From NCBI GenBank assembly GCA_033762115.1, contig JANRLX010000124.1, positions 1 through 40,372 of the forward strand: a DNA stretch of 40,372 nucleotides, in the 5' to 3' direction. Both the position numbers and the translations under genes were made by a program. Shown one piece after another: positions 38,123 to 40,372 of this stretch. This DNA comes from Verrucomicrobiota bacterium (GTDB lineage Bacteria > Verrucomicrobiota > Verrucomicrobiia > Limisphaerales > SXQI01). Within the stretch, counting starts at the first letter, position 1. Every line of letters begins with the position of its first letter. The notes beneath the pieces were generated by a model. It was not told the DNA's origin. It did not search any database and saw nothing but the letters and a program-made list of their open reading frames with translations.

Positions 38123-40372
38123 TTAAAAATTCATGGTTACCGAACTAAAAATTGCATGGGCGGTATAGTCCCGAAACCCACCAAACAGCGGCTCATTATA
38201 CTCAAAAAATCCATATTGCAAGCTGCCAAGAATATTTGGTGCAAAACGGCGGGTTAAACCTGCTGTGATTCCCTGCCTTTCAAAAACGATCCCCAGCGGC
38301 AACCGATCTGCGTGCTGTTCCTGCTCGTAATCCGCCTTTGAATACAGGTAGCTCAGGATCAAGTCTGTTTTCTGATTCAGAATATAGGTTCCGGCCACCA
38401 TAGCTGTCCAAACATAACCTTCGTAAGCCACGACTGAAGCCGTGTCTGGCGTACTGTTGATCCTGGTGTCCTGCAGGGAAACTGTGGTGTTCAGGTAAAG
38501 ACGCCGCCAGGGAGTCCATGTGGTATTCAGGCTATAAATATGAGCATCACTGTTTCCGGTAAGGATTGCACCTCCGGGAAAAAATATCTGTGAAACGATC
38601 CCTGAATTCGGATCAAAGACAAAGGTGTCAAATGGATCGGTGCCGGTGCGATATTCGTTCGAGGCAAGTTGATAATTCAGAGTCGTTTTCAACCATCGAA
38701 CCGGTCTCAGCACCAGACGCAGCTCAATCTCATCAGTTATTGTGTCACGTGACCGGATGAAAGCTGGATAGCCAGGGTTCGCACTTCCGCCAAACGAGAG
38801 ATCCAGGGCATTGGCAAACTCTGTTTCCCGCAAGCGATGGCGATAGCTGGCGCTGAAGGAAGCTTTCGTCCATGGAGAAATGGTAAAGCCTGTTTTGTAG
38901 TCCTGTAAATGGGTGTCCGCATCCGTATCGCGAGTGAACTCATGGTGCCCCCCGATTTCATCTTCGTACTGACCGATGCTTTCCTGTTGCAGGCGGGCAT
39001 CAGCGAAAATCACAGTCGCAGGAATTTTGGTGTAGCGCAGGCCCACGGTTTCCTCGAAAACCCGCTTATCAATATCGGAATGCAACAGAGCGGGATCGGT
39101 TGGCGTCAGCCCCTCGGCAATATCGACATCACCAAACCCCTTCTGCCGTTGCCATTGATTTTGAAGTCCTGCGTTAACAGTGAATCCATCCCAGGGCCCC
39201 AACTTCGCATTCGCGTTGAATACGTGAGAATCCTGTTCCAGCAGAATACTACGACTAAACCAGAATGGTTCATCACCGACGGTAATCCCAACGCTGCTCA
39301 TGTTAACGGCAGCGGAACCATCCAGCCGGCTGAAAAAATATCCTCCCGAAAGGAACAACCAATCCACAACCTGCTTTTGCACCATTAAGGTATTTGCACC
39401 CTGGAAATGATCATACTGTTGCTGATTGAAGAGATATTTCTCCAGGGTGCCGGAGCTGGTATTGAAGTAAATGGGGTGAAAACGGTCTGACCTGTTATCA
39501 TAAAATTCACCACGAAAATTGTTCTCGAACGTATAACCCCGGTGCTCATGTAAAAGGTCAAATTTCAGAATGTGAACTTCTTCTTCGATTGGTTTACTGG
39601 TTGGAAATATTTTCCTCGTATCCACGGCCGATCCTGCCATCCCCGGGTCCACACTGCCTGCATCTCCGAAGGCGAGACTATTCTTCTCGCCATCGCGAAA
39701 TTGATATTCATAACCAAGTGTCAGCCGAGGCAGATCAGGCAGGGTCAATCCAAAATCAATCCATGCCTTACCCACATCCAGGTCGAGGTCACGATTCAGT
39801 GAGTATGGCCCCAGCTGACTGAATTGATCGACTCCGCCGATGTCATGGTAATATTCCCGATACTGCTGAAAACCAGCACGAACGAAACCGAACTCCGGTT
39901 TTTCCAGCAACAAACGAAAAGCATAGTCATCTCCATTGCCAATGATTCGTCCTTCAGCCTGGATTCGTTCCCCGCTCGGGAGCTTTTCCTCATAGAAAAA
40001 ACGTTCGATTCCACCTGCAAACCCTTCGTTCATCCCATAGTGGTCCCGAAAAAGGCGCTCATTTCCCGAAACTTCAATAAAGCGGAGGCTGGGTGTGACG
40101 CTGAATGAAGTGATATTCGTGCGTGGCCCTTCCAAAGGCCATTTGGCACCCTGATCAATCCAGGCACGGAGAAGGCCTATCTGTTCTGGAGTCAGGCGCT
40201 CTGCCTTGCCAGGAGGAGGCATTTCCATGTCCTCAACCAAGTAAGCAACGTAATGGATTAAGGGACTTCGCGCACTGTCACCCGGCAGAATGGCTGCTCC
40301 GTTTTCCCCTCCTTTCAATGCATCCGCACTGTTGTCCAATCTGAAACGGCCTTTCGGCTTTTCCGGGCCATG
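38123..40372 (-). CDS. 5'-truncated fusion of a Planctomycete-type cytochrome c domain and an outer-membrane beta-barrel (MtrB/PioB-like porin)
   Basis: Frame is open to the window edge: HGPEKPKGRFRLD..ALKGGENG.AILPGDSARSPLI..MPP..LTPEQIGLLRAWIDQGAKWP (PSCyt1-like; the first His is probably that of CxxCH). Then ~660 aa of alternating amphipathic strands (LTLGYEYQ, LFLSGGYFFS, FSASYRHR, TTLNYQL, LILSYLYS) ending in Phe (SVTMNF). Confidence 0.8.
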   Translation of the reverse strand, partial: HGPEKPKGRFRLDNSADALKGGENGAAILPGDSARSPLIHYVAYLVEDMEMPPPGKAERLTPEQIGLLRAWIDQGAKWPLEGPRTNITSFSVTPSLRFIEVSGNERLFRDHYGMNEGFAGGIERFFYEEKLPSGERIQAEGRIIGNGDDYAFRLLLEKPEFGFVRAGFQQYREYYHDIGGVDQFSQLGPYSLNRDLDLDVGKAWIDFGLTLPDLPRLTLGYEYQFRDGEKNSLAFGDAGSVDPGMAGSAVDTRKIFPTSKPIEEEVHILKFDLLHEHRGYTFENNFRGEFYDNRSDRFHPIYFNTSSGTLEKYLFNQQQYDHFQGANTLMVQKQVVDWLFLSGGYFFSRLDGSAAVNMSSVGITVGDEPFWFSRSILLEQDSHVFNANAKLGPWDGFTVNAGLQNQWQRQKGFGDVDIAEGLTPTDPALLHSDIDKRVFEETVGLRYTKIPATVIFADARLQQESIGQYEDEIGGHHEFTRDTDADTHLQDYKTGFTISPWTKASFSASYRHRLRETEFANALDLSFGGSANPGYPAFIRSRDTITDEIELRLVLRPVRWLKTTLNYQLASNEYRTGTDPFDTFVFDPNSGIVSQIFFPGGAILTGNSDAHIYSLNTTWTPWRRLYLNTTVSLQDTRINSTPDTASVVAYEGYVWTAMVAGTYILNQKTDLILSYLYSKADYEQEQHADRLPLGIVFERQGITAGLTRRFAPNILGSLQYGFFEYNEPLFGGFRDYTAHAIFSSVTMNF

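Overview
Gene-dense chromosomal region, most likely from a verrucomicrobial (Pedosphaera/Limisphaera-like, PVC superphylum) genome; this is inferred from protein family content. From left to right: the end of an ABC-2 transporter operon (+); trpC and prfB (with the canonical +1 frameshift); an O-antigen-ligase-like membrane protein; a lipoprotein; a large PVC-type SGNH/beta-propeller/HEAT/cytochrome c protein; and tRNA-Pro(CGG). A ~21.5 kb minus-strand type IV filament locus follows. In transcription order it reads pilB-pilT-pilB-pilC, an intrinsic terminator, a degenerate BrnT/CopG-type toxin-antitoxin pair with an operator-like palindrome, two pilin-like genes, a four-gene Verru_Chthon-like minor-pilin cassette, and a 2,236-aa subtilase whose nucleophile position is Thr rather than Ser. 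The window ends with tRNA-Arg(ACG) and a tightly coupled operon: a (5'-truncated) cytochrome c/outer-membrane beta-barrel fusion, a blue-copper protein with an axial Gln, RdgB and an LMW-PTP-like protein. Main leads: (i) the cytochrome-porin fusion plus stellacyanin-type cupredoxin as a Cyc2/rusticyanin-like electron-transfer module; (ii) strong Thr-Asn dipeptide enrichment in the exported proteins, a possible modification sequon; (iii) a shared C-terminal domain that may be a sorting signal; (iv) a possibly domesticated TA pair placed to control pilin transcription. All family calls come from motif recognition by eye; no database searches were run.
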